In this document: in pieces, positions 35,320 through 49,700 of the stretch
Position numbering within the stretch: the first letter of the stretch is position 1
Layout of the letters: each line of letters begins with the position of its first letter
Assembly (NCBI RefSeq): GCF_009914755.1
Contig: NC_060935.1
DNA: 64,000 nt
Source of the DNA: the human T2T-CHM13v2.0 reference genome, Homo sapiens
Reading direction: 5' to 3' (one strand)
Made by a program: the position numbers and the translations under genes
Notes under the pieces: model-generated
What the model saw: only the letters and a program-made list of their open reading frames with translations
Told to the model about the DNA's origin: nothing
The model's database searches: none

Positions 35320-35855
35320 AGCAGCATTTTTGCTATCTATTGTGGCATTCATTTCAAATCTCCTAAAACATGGTAGTTTAAAACAATATTTATTATCTAA
35401 CAGTTTCTGAGTCAGGATTCTGGGATTGGTTTTGTTATAATTCTGGCTCAGCATTACTCGCAAGGATGAAAAGGGTCAGTTAGGGCTACAGTCACGTCGA
35501 GTTTTGACCAATAAAAGATTGGCTTACAAGTACACTCATGTATTGTCAGGCCATAGGTCCTAACTGGCTGTTGCCCGGAGACCTCAATTTTTTGCCACAT
35601 GAGACTCTCCATAGAGTAGCTAATAGTATGTTAGATTACTACCCTCCAGAGTGAGGACTCTAAGAAAAAGAGAAAGATGTACACACAAAAAACAGGGTCT
35701 TTTTGTAACCTAATCTCAGAAGTAAAAGCTTATTACCTCTATTGGTTAGAAGTCACTAGTCCTGCCCCTACTCAAAGTGAGGAGATTATACGCATGAGGG
35801 AATGGATACTAGAAAGCAGGGATTGCTAGAAGTCATTTAGAGACTGTCTACCACA
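35320..35855 (-). mobile_element. Old MLT1 (F/G/H-like) MaLR LTR
   Basis: aaacatggtagtttaaaacaa...acagtttctgagtcagga...ctctattggttagaag...gactgtctaccaca. Confidence 0.7.
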
Positions 35856-37351
35856 GAAAAGGATCAGCGACATTTTATGCTTAATTTATTGTCTGTTAAT
35901 GTTGACTTCTTCAGATTACATAAACAATGATCAAGGCATAACTTACATTTTAATACTCTTTTGTAATATCCTATTTTATAGACCATTTTTTAAAACATAG
36001 ATTCTAGATTTTTGTGGACTTAACATATTGATCATAAGTAATAGATATAAAAAGACCAAACACCTGCTCACCTTTGATTTTTTGGATCACAATTTTTGTG
36101 ATGTTTGGGTTTACATTGGGTTACCATTTATTTTCCCTTGTATTTGTCAGCACTAAGCTAGGAGCTGCCATTACCATGCCTACAGAGAACATAGGAAATG
36201 TCAAAGGGAGACCAGAAATAGTATTTTTATATTCTCTTATAAAAGGAGACTTTGATATTTACAGAGAAGTCCCACCTCCACTGCCCCATTGAGTCTATAA
36301 AGTCTGAGGATCAGCTCATTCAGTTTGACCCACTTGGCACTAGAGGTAATAAGTACATGTCATAAATTCATGTATGTGTTTTTATAACTACACTTGCTTT
36401 CACTTTATTTAGTCATTTATTTATTTTTGCAAATTCCTGTTTCTGAGAGTAAGTGCAGACATATAATGATCCTTTGAGCTAAAAGTAAAGTGAGCCTCAA
36501 TTTTTCACTAAATGAGACCTCCTCGACAATCTTTTTAGTACTCTATAGAAAAACACAAGGTAGCAACCAAAAGTAATGTTTGAGAGCTTCCAGAAAACAG
36601 AATATAAAAGTCTTTTGTCTTATCCTTTATTTTTATTCCACCCCCAATACCCAGACCTGCTTACTAAAGTGATTAATTTGACATTGCAAAATTTTTTTTC
36701 TGTGATAAAGTCCAAAATGTACCATAATTATAGAGAAAAGGAAATCATGGGTAAATAGTTAAAATTAAAAAGGGAGACAACAATTATGGGTTTTTGGAGC
36801 CATATAAAAATAATTAGTGGATATTTTGTAGTCTTAAGAAGAATTTGGAAAACAGAAAAATCATTAGTTGTTTATATGTATAATTAACAGATTCTTGTAA
36901 AATTTTTGAATACAGTTTGGCTTCCTCAATTTCTACTGTATTTTTCTTTAAATACCTTAGTTACATAGACTGTAGTTAAGTTTCCACCTAGCCATAGGCA
37001 AAGAAAATTATATTGACTGCAAGGGAATACGTGTAGGGTTACAAAAATTTGAGCAATGAGAATTCAGCTTCCAGTAATTGTTGAGTAATTTGGTCAGGAT
37101 AAGCCTCACATAGATACAAATTATGAAGTTCAGACAAAACATTATTTTTTTTTAAATTAATAGAACTGTAGTTTCACCCAAAGTAAAGATAAGCTAGAAA
37201 GCAATCCACTCCAACTAAAGATGGAAGTGTCATTGGGTGATATTTGAATACCTGTAACTTTGGGCCTGACAGGTGGCAAAATTGAAAATTTACTTTTTAC
37301 TGGTTGCACATGTTAGAAAATAGTAGGTTGTCAGATCAGCTGGGAAATCCA

Positions 37352-37955
37352 TAAATTAGTTCAGCCTTTGTGAAAGACAGTTTGGCAATTCCTCAAAGAA
37401 CTTGAAACAGAACTACCATTCTACCCAGCAATCCCATTATTGAGTATATATAACCAAAGGAATGCAAATCATTCTACCATAAAGACAAATGTATGTGAAT
37501 ATTCACTGCAGCACCATTCACAATAGCAAAGACATGGAATCAACCTAGATGTCCATCAATGGTGGAATGGACAAAGAAAATGCAGTACACATACAACATA
37601 AAATACTATACAGCCATAAAAATGAGATCATGTCCTTTGCAGCAGTATGAATGCAGCTGGAGGCCATTAGTCGAAACAAACTAAGGGAAGAACAGGAAAG
37701 CAAATCCACATGTTCTCAGTTATATGTGGGAGCAGAACATTGATCAGACATGGACACAACAAAGGGACAATACACACCATGGCCTACTTGAGGGCAGAGG
37801 GTGGGAGGAGGTTGAGGATTGAAAAACTAACTATTGTGTACTATGCTTATTACCTGGATGAGAAAAAACTTGTACACAATACCCCCACGATGTGCAATTT
37901 ACCTATATAACAAACCTGCATATGTACTTCTGAAACTAAAATACAGGTTTAAAAA
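37352..37955 (+). mobile_element. L1PA15/16-like 3' end
   Basis: taaattagttcagcc...ggcctacttgagggcagagggtgggaggagg...acaaacctgcatatgtac...A-rich end. Confidence 0.88.
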
Positions 37956-39278
37956 ATAGCCATTCTGACTGGTATGTGATGGTATCCCATTATGGTATCG
38001 ATCTGCATTTCTCTGAGGATTAGTAATATTGAGCATTCTTTGATATGTTTGTTGGTTGCTTGTATGTCTTCTTTAGAGAAGTGTTTGTTCATGTTTTTTG
38101 CCCACTTTTTAATGAGGTTATTTGTTTTTTACTTTTTCAATTGTTTAAATCCTTATAGATTCTGGATATTATATCTTTGTTGGATGCATAGTTTGCAAGT
38201 ATTTTTCCCTCTCTGTAAGTTGTCTGTTTACACTGTTAATGTTTTGTTTTGCTGTGCAGAATCTCTTCAGTTTCATTAGGTTTGCATTGTCAATTTTGGT
38301 TTTAGTTGCAATTGCTTTTGAGGACTTATTCATAATTTCTTTCCCAAGGCCAATGTCCAGAATGTTGTTTCCTAGGTTTTCTTCCAAGATTCTTATAGTC
38401 CAAAATCTTACATTTAAATATTTTTTTCATCTTGAGTTGATTTTCTTCTGTGATGAAGGGTAGCAAATAGTTAGCCAGCTATGCATCAGGTACTGTATTG
38501 AATTGGGAATCCTTTCCCCATTGCTTATTTTTGTCAATTTTGTTGAAGATCAGATTGTTGTAGGTGTGTGACTATTTCTTGGTTCTCTATTCTGTTCCAT
38601 TGGTGTATGTGTCTGTTTTTGGACCAGTACTATGCTGTTGTGGTTACTGTAGGCTTAGAGTTTGAAGTCAGGTAATATGATGCTTCCAGATTTGTTCTTT
38701 TTACTTAGGATTGCTTTGGCTATAGGAGCTCTTTTTTGGTTCCATATGAATTTTAGAATAGTTTTTTTTCTACTTCTGTGAAACATAACATTGGTAGTTT
38801 GATAGGAATAGCCTTGAATCTGTAGATTGCTTCGGGAAGTATGGCCATTTTAACAATACTGGTTCTTCCATTCCATGAGCATGGAATATTTTTCTATTTG
38901 TTTTCAGCATCTGTAATTTCTTTGAGCAGAGTAGTTCTCCTTGTAGAGTTCTTTCACCTTTTTGGTTACATGTATTCTCAGGTATTTCATTCTTTTTGTG
39001 GTTATTGTAAAGGGGGTTGTGTTCCTTATTTGGCTCTCAGTTTGACGTTATTCATGTATAGAAATGCTACTGATTTTTGTGCATTGATTTTGTATCCTGA
39101 AACTTTACTGAAGTTGTTTATCAGTTATAGGAGCCTTTTGGCATAATCTTTGATGATCTTCTAGGTATAGAATAATATCATCAGTGAGGACAGATAGTTT
39201 CACTTTTTCTTTTCCTATTCAGATGCTTTTTATTTCTTTCTCTTGCTTGATTTTTCTGGCTAGGACTTCCAGTTGAAT
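37956..39278 (-). mobile_element. L1 ORF2 fragment (L1PA16/PB-like), antisense
   Basis: ORF 38169-38387 (-) EENLGNNILDIGLGKEIMNKSSKAIATKTKID...LMKLKRFCTAK is ORF2p. Confidence 0.9.
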
Positions 39279-39299
39279 AAATTTCTAAGCAAAGTATTA

Positions 39300-40800
39300 A
39301 AGGTGGAACTTGGTTTCTATTGTTGAGTGAAAAAATTTTCTCCAATTTGGTATAGAGATTCAACACAATCCTAAGCAATATTTTAAAAAGACTCTTAGAT
39401 ACATTAACAATCAGGTTCTACTAAGACATTGAAATATAATCTTAAAATAAATAATAAACTTGGAGCACTTAAACATGTATTTTTTAAAACATACAAAAAA
39501 GCTATCTTTATTTTCACAATGAAGTGTTAGCGTAAGTATAGTCATGAATCAATGGAACAGAATAGATAATACAGATGGAGACATAAATATATATATTTTA
39601 TATATACATATATATACTTTATTGTCACTTCATACATATATAAATAGATATAATCACTATATATAGTGACACATATTTATTTAAAATGTTTATTAAGGAA
39701 ATATTAAATATTTTTAAAATAAAGTGACTATATATTTAATATGACTATTAATATCACATTTAACTTAACTATATATTAAATATGTAGTTACTTTATATCT
39801 TTAATGTTTTAAAAAAAAATTTCATTGATTACGAAGAAGAAAATAAACTCTGCTGCCACAAATGACTAGGCAGATGGAGCAAACTCAACCCTTATATTAT
39901 GCCAGAAAAACGTCAAAATTGAACAGAGATGTCCGTGAGAAAGTCTAAAGTATTGATATTCTAGAATAAAACATTAGAAGTTGTCCTTATTACTTGGTGT
40001 AGAAAAATTGTTCTTAAACAGAACACAAGTTAATAGCATATACTATATATGTACATTCATAATTCATGAGTGTCTAAGGTCCCTATATGTCTCTATATAT
40101 TGTATTTTATATTATACTTGTATATAAATTTAAAACTTCTACTTATCATATGATATCATTAAGCAAGTGAAAGCTATAATCAGAAGAAAATATTTTTAAT
40201 AAATATATCTGATGAAGGACTCGTATCCTTCATTTATGGATATTTTCTATGAGACAGTAAGAAAAAGACAACATGATAAAAGGATAAACAAAAAACTTCC
40301 GCAGGTACAAATAGCTATGAAGCATATGAAAATGTGCCAGTCACCTCTAGCCATCAGGAACATGCAAATTAAAATCACAAGGAGTATTGTTACACATTTC
40401 CCAAAATGGCTAAAGTATAAATCTTATAAATCTAAGAGTTAAGGAAGATATTAGGCTACTGGAGGTTTTATACATTGTAAGTGGGAGTGCAAAATGGTGC
40501 ATGCTTTGGACAATTCTTTGGTAGTTTTTAATAAAACTAAATTTACAAATATCCAATAACCAAGTATTACTACTGCAAAGTAAACATTCGAGAAATTGTA
40601 TATGTACACAAAAGGCTTACATATTAATGTTCATAACAACTTTATCAAAAAGTACTCCAAAATGAAAACAGCTCAATGCTCATCAAGGAGAGAATGGATA
40701 AAAAACACTGGCACAGACATACAACAAAATGCTACACAGAAAGAAATGAAATAAAGATACACACATGTTGCAAACTGCTGATGACAGAAATAATTGTGCA
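39300..40800 (+). mobile_element. Very old L1M ORF2/3' remnant with an AT-rich low-complexity patch
   Basis: aatcaatggaacagaataga, catgcaaattaaaatcacaagg, gtgggagtgcaaaatggtgc; ORF 40212-40442 has QIAMKHMKMC..PLAIRNMQIKIT (ORF2p-like). Confidence 0.7.
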
Positions 40801-42248
40801 GAAATGTATGAAAATGAAAAGACAGAAAATAGGACTCACACATTATTCTAAGACCTTGAGATGCTAAGGACTGATTTTAAGAGCAGCATCATTTCTCACT
40901 GCAGATTTTTTACCGTGTGTGTAAGTACCTGTATGATGCATGATAAGCATGCATACCACATATACATATATGTATTAGAATAATTCTTATTTCTTGCCTA
41001 ATAAGTAGTGAATTTTTCAATAAAAAAGAACATTTCTTTATTGGCTACAAGATAATTATCTGGACTTTAAAATTTAAACAGGAACACTTCATTCTACTTA
41101 TGTTAAATTTATTAAAAATCTTCCTGTATCATTTCTTAGAGCTTGTCTTTATTGTTATTTGATCTATGTGCCTTTGACTATTGAAAGAAAAAAATCACAT
41201 ACGCTTTATGTCAAAAATATTTTAAATATCCACACTATTTAGTATTTTGTAGATGAAAATTATGAAACCTAAACGTGGTAGTAGATATATATTGTAAAAA
41301 ATAGAAAAAGACTGTTTTTAAAGGTGGAAAATTTGTTGATTTAATTCTACTTGCAAATATTCTTTCCTGAGATTTGTACTTTTTCTGCCCTAAGGAAATT
41401 AGTAAAGTGGCAAATCCATTAAAACCTCTAATCAAGTAATTTTATAGGCTTTTAAAGCAAATGTGCTCTCAGGTGTGGCCAGTATTTAAAGACAATACAG
41501 TGTGCTTGGTGTATTTCACTATCTTGGATGATTTTTATGACTTCACTTGTTCTAAGTGAAACCTAAGTTGTCTAAGGGTAAGAATCAGCTGTAACATTTG
41601 ACTGTCATTAACAATAAAATATCACCATGCTTTCTCATTCTTCATTCAAAGTGAGAAACTAAATATTGTCATTCCGAGAATTATTTTATAACTGTTTTCC
41701 AGAAGTATTTATTTTTCTCAGTGGGGTTAATAACTGCCAAAATTCTATTTAGGGTACTGGTTTCAAAATGCTTACATGTATGAAATGATCTGGCTATATT
41801 TTAATGCTTTAAGTATTTGAGTATGGTCTTCTCATTTCAACATGAAATAATCACAGTTTTGAGATTGCAATATATTTTCATTAAAATTAAGGTTTAAATA
41901 AGAAAAATTGATATTAAACAGACACAACATATCAGGACTTAGGGAAATAATATGCAAATAATAATCTCAAATAATAATCTGAGGGAAAATAAAAAGATTA
42001 ATATAAGCTATTGACAGATAATTTATAAAAGGTAAAATGATGGCTCTCATTCAAATATAAAATAATTTTAGTTAATTCATTAATAAATGAGAAGCATTAA
42101 GTTGCTAAACCAGTCCAAAGGCCACAAGAAACTAAGCATATGTATGCGTATATATATATTTATATATATTTGAAATAAGATACAACTACTCAGTTACATT
42201 TTTTAAAATGTTTAATTTATTGATCACTTGGTTAAGATGGTGTATGCC

Positions 42249-42541
42249 GGCTAGGTGTGGTGGCTCACACCTGTAATCCCAGCACTTTTGGGTGCCGAGG
42301 CAGGAGGATCACGAGGTCAGGAGTTCGAGACCAGCCTGGCCAAAATGGTGAAACCTTGTCTCTACTAAAAATATGAAAATTAGCTGGATGTGCTTGTGCA
42401 CAACTGTAATCCCAGCTACTCAGGAGGCTGAGGCAGGAGAATCGCTTGAACACAGGAGGTGGAGGTTGAAGTGAGCCAGGATAGCACCACTGCCCTCTAC
42501 CCTGAGTGACAGAACAAGACTCCATCTCAAAAATAAAAAAA
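42249..42541 (+). mobile_element. AluS (Sg-like)
   Basis: Full dimer with ggatcacgaggtcaggagttcgagacc. Decayed TSD aagatggtgtatgcc / aagatcatgtatacc. Confidence 0.95.
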
Positions 42542-43542
42542 AAGATCATGTATACCTATGGGTAAATAATTTGGAACTTTATTCTATTTCTTCTTGTACT
42601 TTCACTCAGTAATTTTAGCATCCAGTGATGTTTATCAAACTGAAATAATTATTAATATAGATTTTGCCACATGCTGAATATCTATTTCCATTATTCTTCT
42701 CTATTTGTTTATTGGTATTATGCTTTTAAACAGAGCATTTTCCAGTTACTTATTTATAACAGAATAGGTTCATATACATGTATATGTAGAAAGATACAGA
42801 TATTTATTTTATTCTATATAAATTATTTAAAATAACTGTTACTATTCTACAAATGTGTCAAGGTCATGAAACCCAATGAAAATCTGAGCTGTCCCAAATT
42901 GTACTAAGTTAGAGACATAACAATTTAAATAATGTGTGATTCCACATTGAATTCTAAATAATAAACAATTACATACGTGATATAATTGGCAAAACTTCAT
43001 TACTTTGTATTAATACTAATTTTCTAGTTTTAATAACTACAGTAGAATTATAAAACTAGAAAGTAAAATTGTACCATTGGGTGAAGCTGGGTGAGGAGTC
43101 TTACAATAATTCTTTGTACAATTTTTGCAATTAGTTATGTCAAAATTTGTTTCAAAATAATGTTAAAAATGTAAGCATATTTTTAAAATCTATAAAGTGA
43201 AATTTAAGTTTTATATAACAATAAAACCAAGACTTTTTTTGTCCATGAAACACCTTCTCATGTACCTAAAAATAAAAGTTAAAGAAAGTTTGAGAATCTA
43301 TTATAATCAATAATTATAAAAAACATCCAAAAAAGCACTTTCCAGTCTTCCTTTATGAAGTGGAATTGTGTCACCCAATATGTTCTAAATAACTGTATAA
43401 CTCTGACCTTTTTACTTAATATCTCTAAGCCTTATTTACAAAATAAGAGTAGTAACTGCATTTACATCACAGTATCATTGTGAAGATCAAAAGAAATATC
43501 ACATTTGCAATGACTGACACAGTTTCTGGAACATAATATGCC

Positions 43543-43598
43543 TGGGGTTGCTAGATTTAACAAATAAGAATATAAGACAACTAATTGAGCTTGAATTT
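43543..43598 (+). mobile_element. MER53 DNA transposon, left part (continues at ~52135-52185)
   Basis: ggggttgctagatttaacaaataagaatataagacaactaattgagcttgaattt resembles MER53 agggttgccagatttagcaaataaaaatacagg...tttgaattt. It continues as ttgaatttctgatacacaa after the L1. Confidence 0.7.
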
Positions 43599-44006
43599 AT
43601 TTTTTTTCTTATTTGTTTTTTACTTTTTAATTTTTGTGGGTACATAGTAGGTATGTATATTTATGAGGTACATCAGATATTTTAATAGAGGCACACAATG
43701 TGAAATAATGACATCATAGAGAATGAGGTATCCATCCTCTCAAGCATTTACCCTCGGAGTTACAAACAATCCAACTACACTTTCATTTTAAAATGTTATT
43801 TTAAAATGTACAACTAAGTTATTATTGACTGTAGTCACCGTACTGTACTATCAATAGTAGGGCTTACTCATTCTTTGTACTTTTTTGTACCTATTAAACA
43901 TCCTTACCTCCCCATTTAGTCTGCTACTACCCCTCCCAGCCTCTGGAAACCATCCTTCTACTCTCTATGTCCATGAATTCAATTGTTTTGATTTTCAGAT
44001 CCCACA

Positions 44007-44366
44007 TGTTTCAGATCCCATTAGTTTGTTTTCACTCTGCTGGTAAAGACATACCTGAGACTGGGTAATTTATTTTTAAAAAGAGGTTTAATAGACTCAT
44101 ACTTCCATGTGGCTGGGGAGGCTTCACAATCATGGTGGAAGGCGAAAGCCATGTCTTATATGGCAGCACAAGAGAGAAAACTTGTTCAGGAACACTCACC
44201 CTTATAAAACCATCAGATCTCATTAGACTTTTTCACTATCACTAGAAGAGAATGAGAAAGACCTGCCTCCAGGATTCAATTACCTCCCATCTGTTCCATC
44301 TCAGGACAAGTGGGAATTGTGGGAATTACAATTCAAATGAGTTATGGGTGGGGACAAACCATATCA
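44007..44366 (-). mobile_element. THE1B-like LTR nested in L1
   Basis: Reverse THE1 text ending aaaccatatca. Perfect TSD CCACA (44002-44006, 44367-44371). Confidence 0.9.
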
Positions 44367-46393
44367 CCACAAATAAGTGAGAACATATGATGTTTCTCTT
44401 TCTGTGCCTGACTTATTTTACTTAAAATAATGATCACCAGTTCCATCCATGTTGTTACAAATGACTGCATCTCATTCTTTTTTATGGCTCAGTAGTACTC
44501 CACTGTGTTTAGGTAGCACATTTTCTTTATCCATTCATCTGTTAATGGACAATTAGGTTTCTTAGCTATTGTAAACAATGCTGCAACAAACAAAGAAATG
44601 CAGATATCTCTTCCATCCACTGATTTCTTCTCTTTGGAAATATATCTAGCAGTGAAATTGTGGATCATATGGTAGGATAATTTTTTTATTTTTTTTTAGG
44701 AACCTCCAAATTGTTGTCCACAGTGATCATACTAGTTTCCATTCACACCAGCAGTGTAGAAGTTTCCTTTTTCTTTACATACTTGCCAGCATTTGTTATT
44801 GCCTGTCTTTTGGATATAAGCCATTTTAACTAGGGTGAGATGATATTACAGTCTCTATTCGCATTTCTTTGATGATCAGTAATGTTGAACACCTCTTCAT
44901 ATGCCTGATTTTCATTTGTATGTCTTTTTTTGGGAAATGTCTATGCAAATCTTTCACTCACTTTTTAATTAAATTATTATTATTTTTCCTATGGAGTTGT
45001 TAGAGCTCCATATATATTCTGGCTATTAATCCCTTGTCAGATGGGTTGTTTGCAAATATTTTTTTCTCATTCTGTGGACTACCTCTTCACTTTGTTGATT
45101 GTATCCTTTGCTGTGCAGAAACTTTTTAACTTTATGTGATCCCCTTTTTTTCTGTGGTTGCCTGTGCTTGCAGGGTATTGATCACAAAATTTTTGCCCAG
45201 ATTAATGTCCTGGAAATTTTACTTAATTTTTTTTGTAGTGATTTCATAGTTTGAGGTCTTAGATTTTAGTGTTTAATTCATTTTTATTTGATTTTTGTAT
45301 ATGGCAAGAGATAGAGATCTAGTTTTATTCTTCTACATATAGATATCCAGTTTTCCCAGCACCATTTATTGAAGAGACTGTCTTTTCCCCAGTGTACATT
45401 CTTGGTAACTTTGTCAAAAATAAGTTAACTGTGGGTGTGTGGATTTGTCTCTAGGTTCTCCATACTGTTTCATTTATCTATGTGTCAGTTTTTATGCCAC
45501 TAACATGCTGTTTCGGTGATGATAGCTCTGTAGTATATTTTCAACTCAGAGTATGTAATTCCTCCAGTTTTGTTCTTTTTGTTCAGGATACCTTGACTTT
45601 TCTGGGTCTTTTGTGGTTCCATTTAAATTTTAATTTTCTTTTTCTTATTTCTGTGAAGAATGTCATTGGCATTATAATAGGAATTGCATTGAATCTGTAG
45701 ATTGCTTCGGGTAGTATGGACATTTTAACATTATTGATCCTTCCAATTGATGAACACGAAGTAGTTTTTTTTCATATTTTTGGTGTTTTTAATTTTTCCA
45801 TCAGTGTTTAAAATTTTCATTACAGAGATCTTTCATATTCCTAGGTATTTAATTGTATGTGTAGTTATTATAAATGGGAATACTTTTTGAATTTCTTTTT
45901 CACATTGTTCACTGGATAAATGCTCCAGATTTTTGAATGTTGATTATGTATCTTGCAACTTTAATGAATTTGTTTATCATTTTGAATAGTTTTCTTGTGG
46001 GACTACTAAGGTTTTTCCAAATATAAGATCATATTATTTGCAAACAAAGGTAATTTGTCTTCTTCCTTTCCAATTTGAAGGCCCTTTATATCTTTCTCTT
46101 ATCTGATTTCTCAAGTTAGTACTTACAGTACTATGTCGAATAACTGGTAAAAGTAGGCATTCTTGCGTGTTCTAGATCTTAGAGCAAAGGCTTTCAGATG
46201 TTTTCCTATTCAGTATGATTCTTGCTGTAGGTCTGTCATTTTTTTTATTATATTGAGGTATGTTTTTTCTATCCCTAGTTTTTTTTTAGGGTTTTTATCG
46301 TGAAGGGATGTTGAAATGCATCAAATTCTTTTTAGCATCAATTGAAATTATCATATGGTTTTTATTCTTTATTCTTTTGATACAATGTATTAC

Positions 46394-46744
46394 TGAAACA
46401 GTTTGGTTGTGTCCCACCCAAATCTCACTTTGAATTGTTAGAATCCCCATGTGTCAAGGGTGGGGCCATGTGGAGATGAATCATGGGGGCAGTTTCTCCC
46501 ATACTGTTCTCATGGTACTGAATAAGTCTCACAAGATCTGGTGGTTTTATAAATGGGAGTTTTCCTGCACAAGCTCTTCTACCTGCCACCATGTAAGATG
46601 TGACTCTGCTCCTCATTTGTCTTCTGTCATGATTGTGAGGCCTCCTCAGCTATGTGAAACTCTGAGCCAATTAAACCTCTTTCCTTTATTAGTTACCCAG
46701 TCTTGGGTATGTCTTTATTAGCAGCTCAAGAACAGATGAATACA
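46394..46744 (+). mobile_element. THE1B-like LTR nested in L1
   Basis: gtttggttgtgtcccacccaaatctcac...aagatctggtggttttataa...gaacagatgaataca. TSD attac/atcac. Confidence 0.9.
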
Positions 46745-49700
46745 ATCACATTAATTGATTTGCATATGTTAAACCTTCCTTGCATCCCCAGGATATATTT
46801 CACTTGGTCATGATGAGTGTTCTTTAATGCATTGTTGAATTTTATTTGCTAGTATTTTGTTGAGGATTTTTATTTAATATTTATCAGAGATATTGGCCTG
46901 TAGCTTTCTTTTTTTTGGTATGTCTTTATCTCATTTTGGTATCAGGATAATATGGCCTCACAGAATGAGTTTGGAAGTATTCCCTTCTCCTCTATTTTTT
47001 GAAGTAGTTTGCGCAGGATTGGCATTAGTTCTTCTTTAAATATTTCATGTAATTCAGAAGTGAAGCCATCAGGTCCCAGGCTTTCTTTACTGAGAGACTT
47101 ATTATGGCTTCAATCTGGTTACTTCTTACTGGTCTGTTCAGGTTCTGACTTTATGCTTGGTTCAATCTGGTAGGTTGTATGTATTTAGAAATTCATCAGT
47201 TTCTTCTAGATTATCCAATTTATGAGTATATACCTGCTCATTGTAGCCCCTAATGATCCTTTAATTTCTGGAGTATCAGTTGCAATGACTTTTTCATTTC
47301 TGATTTTATTTATTTGGTTCTTCTCTCTGTTTTTCTTAGTTTGGCCAAAGGTTTGTGAAATTTGTTTAACTTTTCAAAAAAGAAAAACACTTTTTTTCAT
47401 TGATCTTCTGTATTTTTTCATTTCAGTTTTATTTATTTCTGCTATGATTTTTATTAAATTTTTTCTCTCACTAATTTTGGGTCTTGTTTTCTCTAGCTTT
47501 TCTATTTCGTTAAGATGCATCTTTAGGCTGTTTATTTGAAGTTTTCCTCCTTTATTGACCTAGGCACTTATAGCTATAAACTTCCCTATTAGCGCTGCTT
47601 GTGCCCTATCACATAGGTTTGGGTATTTTGTGTTTCCCTTATCATTTGTTTCACTAAGTTTTTCATTTCTTTCTTAATTTCTTCATTGACCCCCCACCCA
47701 AACCTGGTCATTCAGGGCATATTGTTTAATTTCCATGCTATTTGTATAGTTTCCAAAATTCCTTTTGTTATTGATTTCTAGTTTTATTCCATTGTGTTCA
47801 AGGAAGATGTTTGATATTATTTCAATTTTTTAAAATGTTTAAAAACTGTTTTGTGACCCAATATATGGTCCATCTTTAAGAATGTGATCAGGAAAGAAAC
47901 ATGTATTCTCCAGATATTGTATGAGATTTTCTGTAAATATCTGTTACATCAATTTTGTATATAGTGCAGATGAAGTCTGATGTTTCTTTGCTGATTTTCT
48001 GTCTGAAAGATCTGTCCAATGCTCAAAGTGTGGTGTTGAGATCTCCAGCTATTACTGTATTGTGGCCTAACTCTCTCCTTAGTGTTAATAATTTTCTTTA
48101 CCGATCTAGGTGCTTCAGTGTTGAGTTCATATATATTTAAAAGTGTTATATTATCTTGCTGAATTGGCCCCTTTACCATTATATAGTGAGCTTTGTCTCT
48201 GCTTATAGTTTTTGACTTGAAAACTATTTTGTGTGATATAAGTATAGTGTCTTCTGCTCTTTTTTGGTTTCCATTGGCATGGAATATCTATTTCCATTCC
48301 GTATTTTTCAGTCTGTATGTGTCTTTATAGGTGAACTATGTTGCTTATATGCAACAGATCAATGAGTCCTGCCTTTTCATCCATTCAGCCCAGTCTGTCT
48401 TTTGATTGAAGAGTTTAGTCCACTTACATTCAATGTTATTATTAACAAGGACTTATTCCTGCCATTTATTATTTTTTCTTGTTGTCTTGTGGTCTTCTCT
48501 TCCTTCTTTCTTTTCTTCCTGTCTTCCTCTAGTGAAGGAAATTTTCTCTAGTGATATGATTTAGTTTCCTGCTTGTTATTTATTGTGTATCTGTTGCATG
48601 ATTTTTGGTTTGAGGTTACCATGAAGCTTGCAAATACTATCTTATAACCCATGATTTTAACCTGATAACAATTTAACACTATTTTCATAAACAGACAATT
48701 GAGCAAAAAGAAAACTAATAAAAACTCTACACCTTAGCTTTATCCCCCAGCTTTTTAACTTTCTGTTGTTGCTATTTATATCTTACTGAACTATATCTTA
48801 AAAAGTTGTTGCAGTTATTATTTTTTATTCATTCGTCATTTAGTCTTTATACTTAGGATAAAAGTAGTTTATACATCATAGTTACAGCATTATAATATTC
48901 TGTGTTTTTCTGTATACTTACTATTACCAGTGAGTTTCGTACCTTCAGGTGATTATTTATTGCTCATTGATGTCCTCTTCTTTCTGACTGAAGTACTCCC
49001 TTTAGCATTTTTTTGTAGGACAGGTCTGGTATTTGTGAAATCTCTTATCTTTTGTTTGTTTTGAAAAGTGTTTATTTATCCTTCAGGTTTAAAGAAATTT
49101 CCATCAGATATACTATTTTAGGGTAAAAGTTTTTTTCCTTTAGCACTTTAATATATCATACCACTCTCTCCTGGTCTTTAAGATTTCCATTGAAAAGTCT
49201 GCTGCCAGATATATTGGAGCTCCATGTAGGTTATTTGTTTCTTTTCTCTGGCTGCTTTCAGGATCCTTTCTTTATTTTTGACCTTTGGGAGTTTTATTAC
49301 TAAAAGTCTTCAGATAGTCATCTATGGGTTATATTTGCTTGGTATTTTATAACTGTCTTATACTTGGATAATGATGTATTTCTCTAGGTTTGGAAGGTTC
49401 TCGGTTTTTATCCCTATGAATAAACTTTCTGCTCTTATCTCTTTCTCTATCTCCTTCTTGAGGCCAATAACTCTTAGATTTACCCTTTAGAGGCTATTTT
49501 ATAGATTCTGTAGGCACGGTTCATTGTTTTTTATTATTTTGACAGTTGTCTCCTCTTACTGTGTATTTTCAAATATCCTGCCTTTAAACTTACTAATTGT
49601 TTCTTCTGCTGGATATATTCTGCTATTAAATAACTCTGATGCATTCTTCAGTATGCAAATTAAATTTTTCAGCTGCAGAATTTCTGCTTGATTTTTTAAA

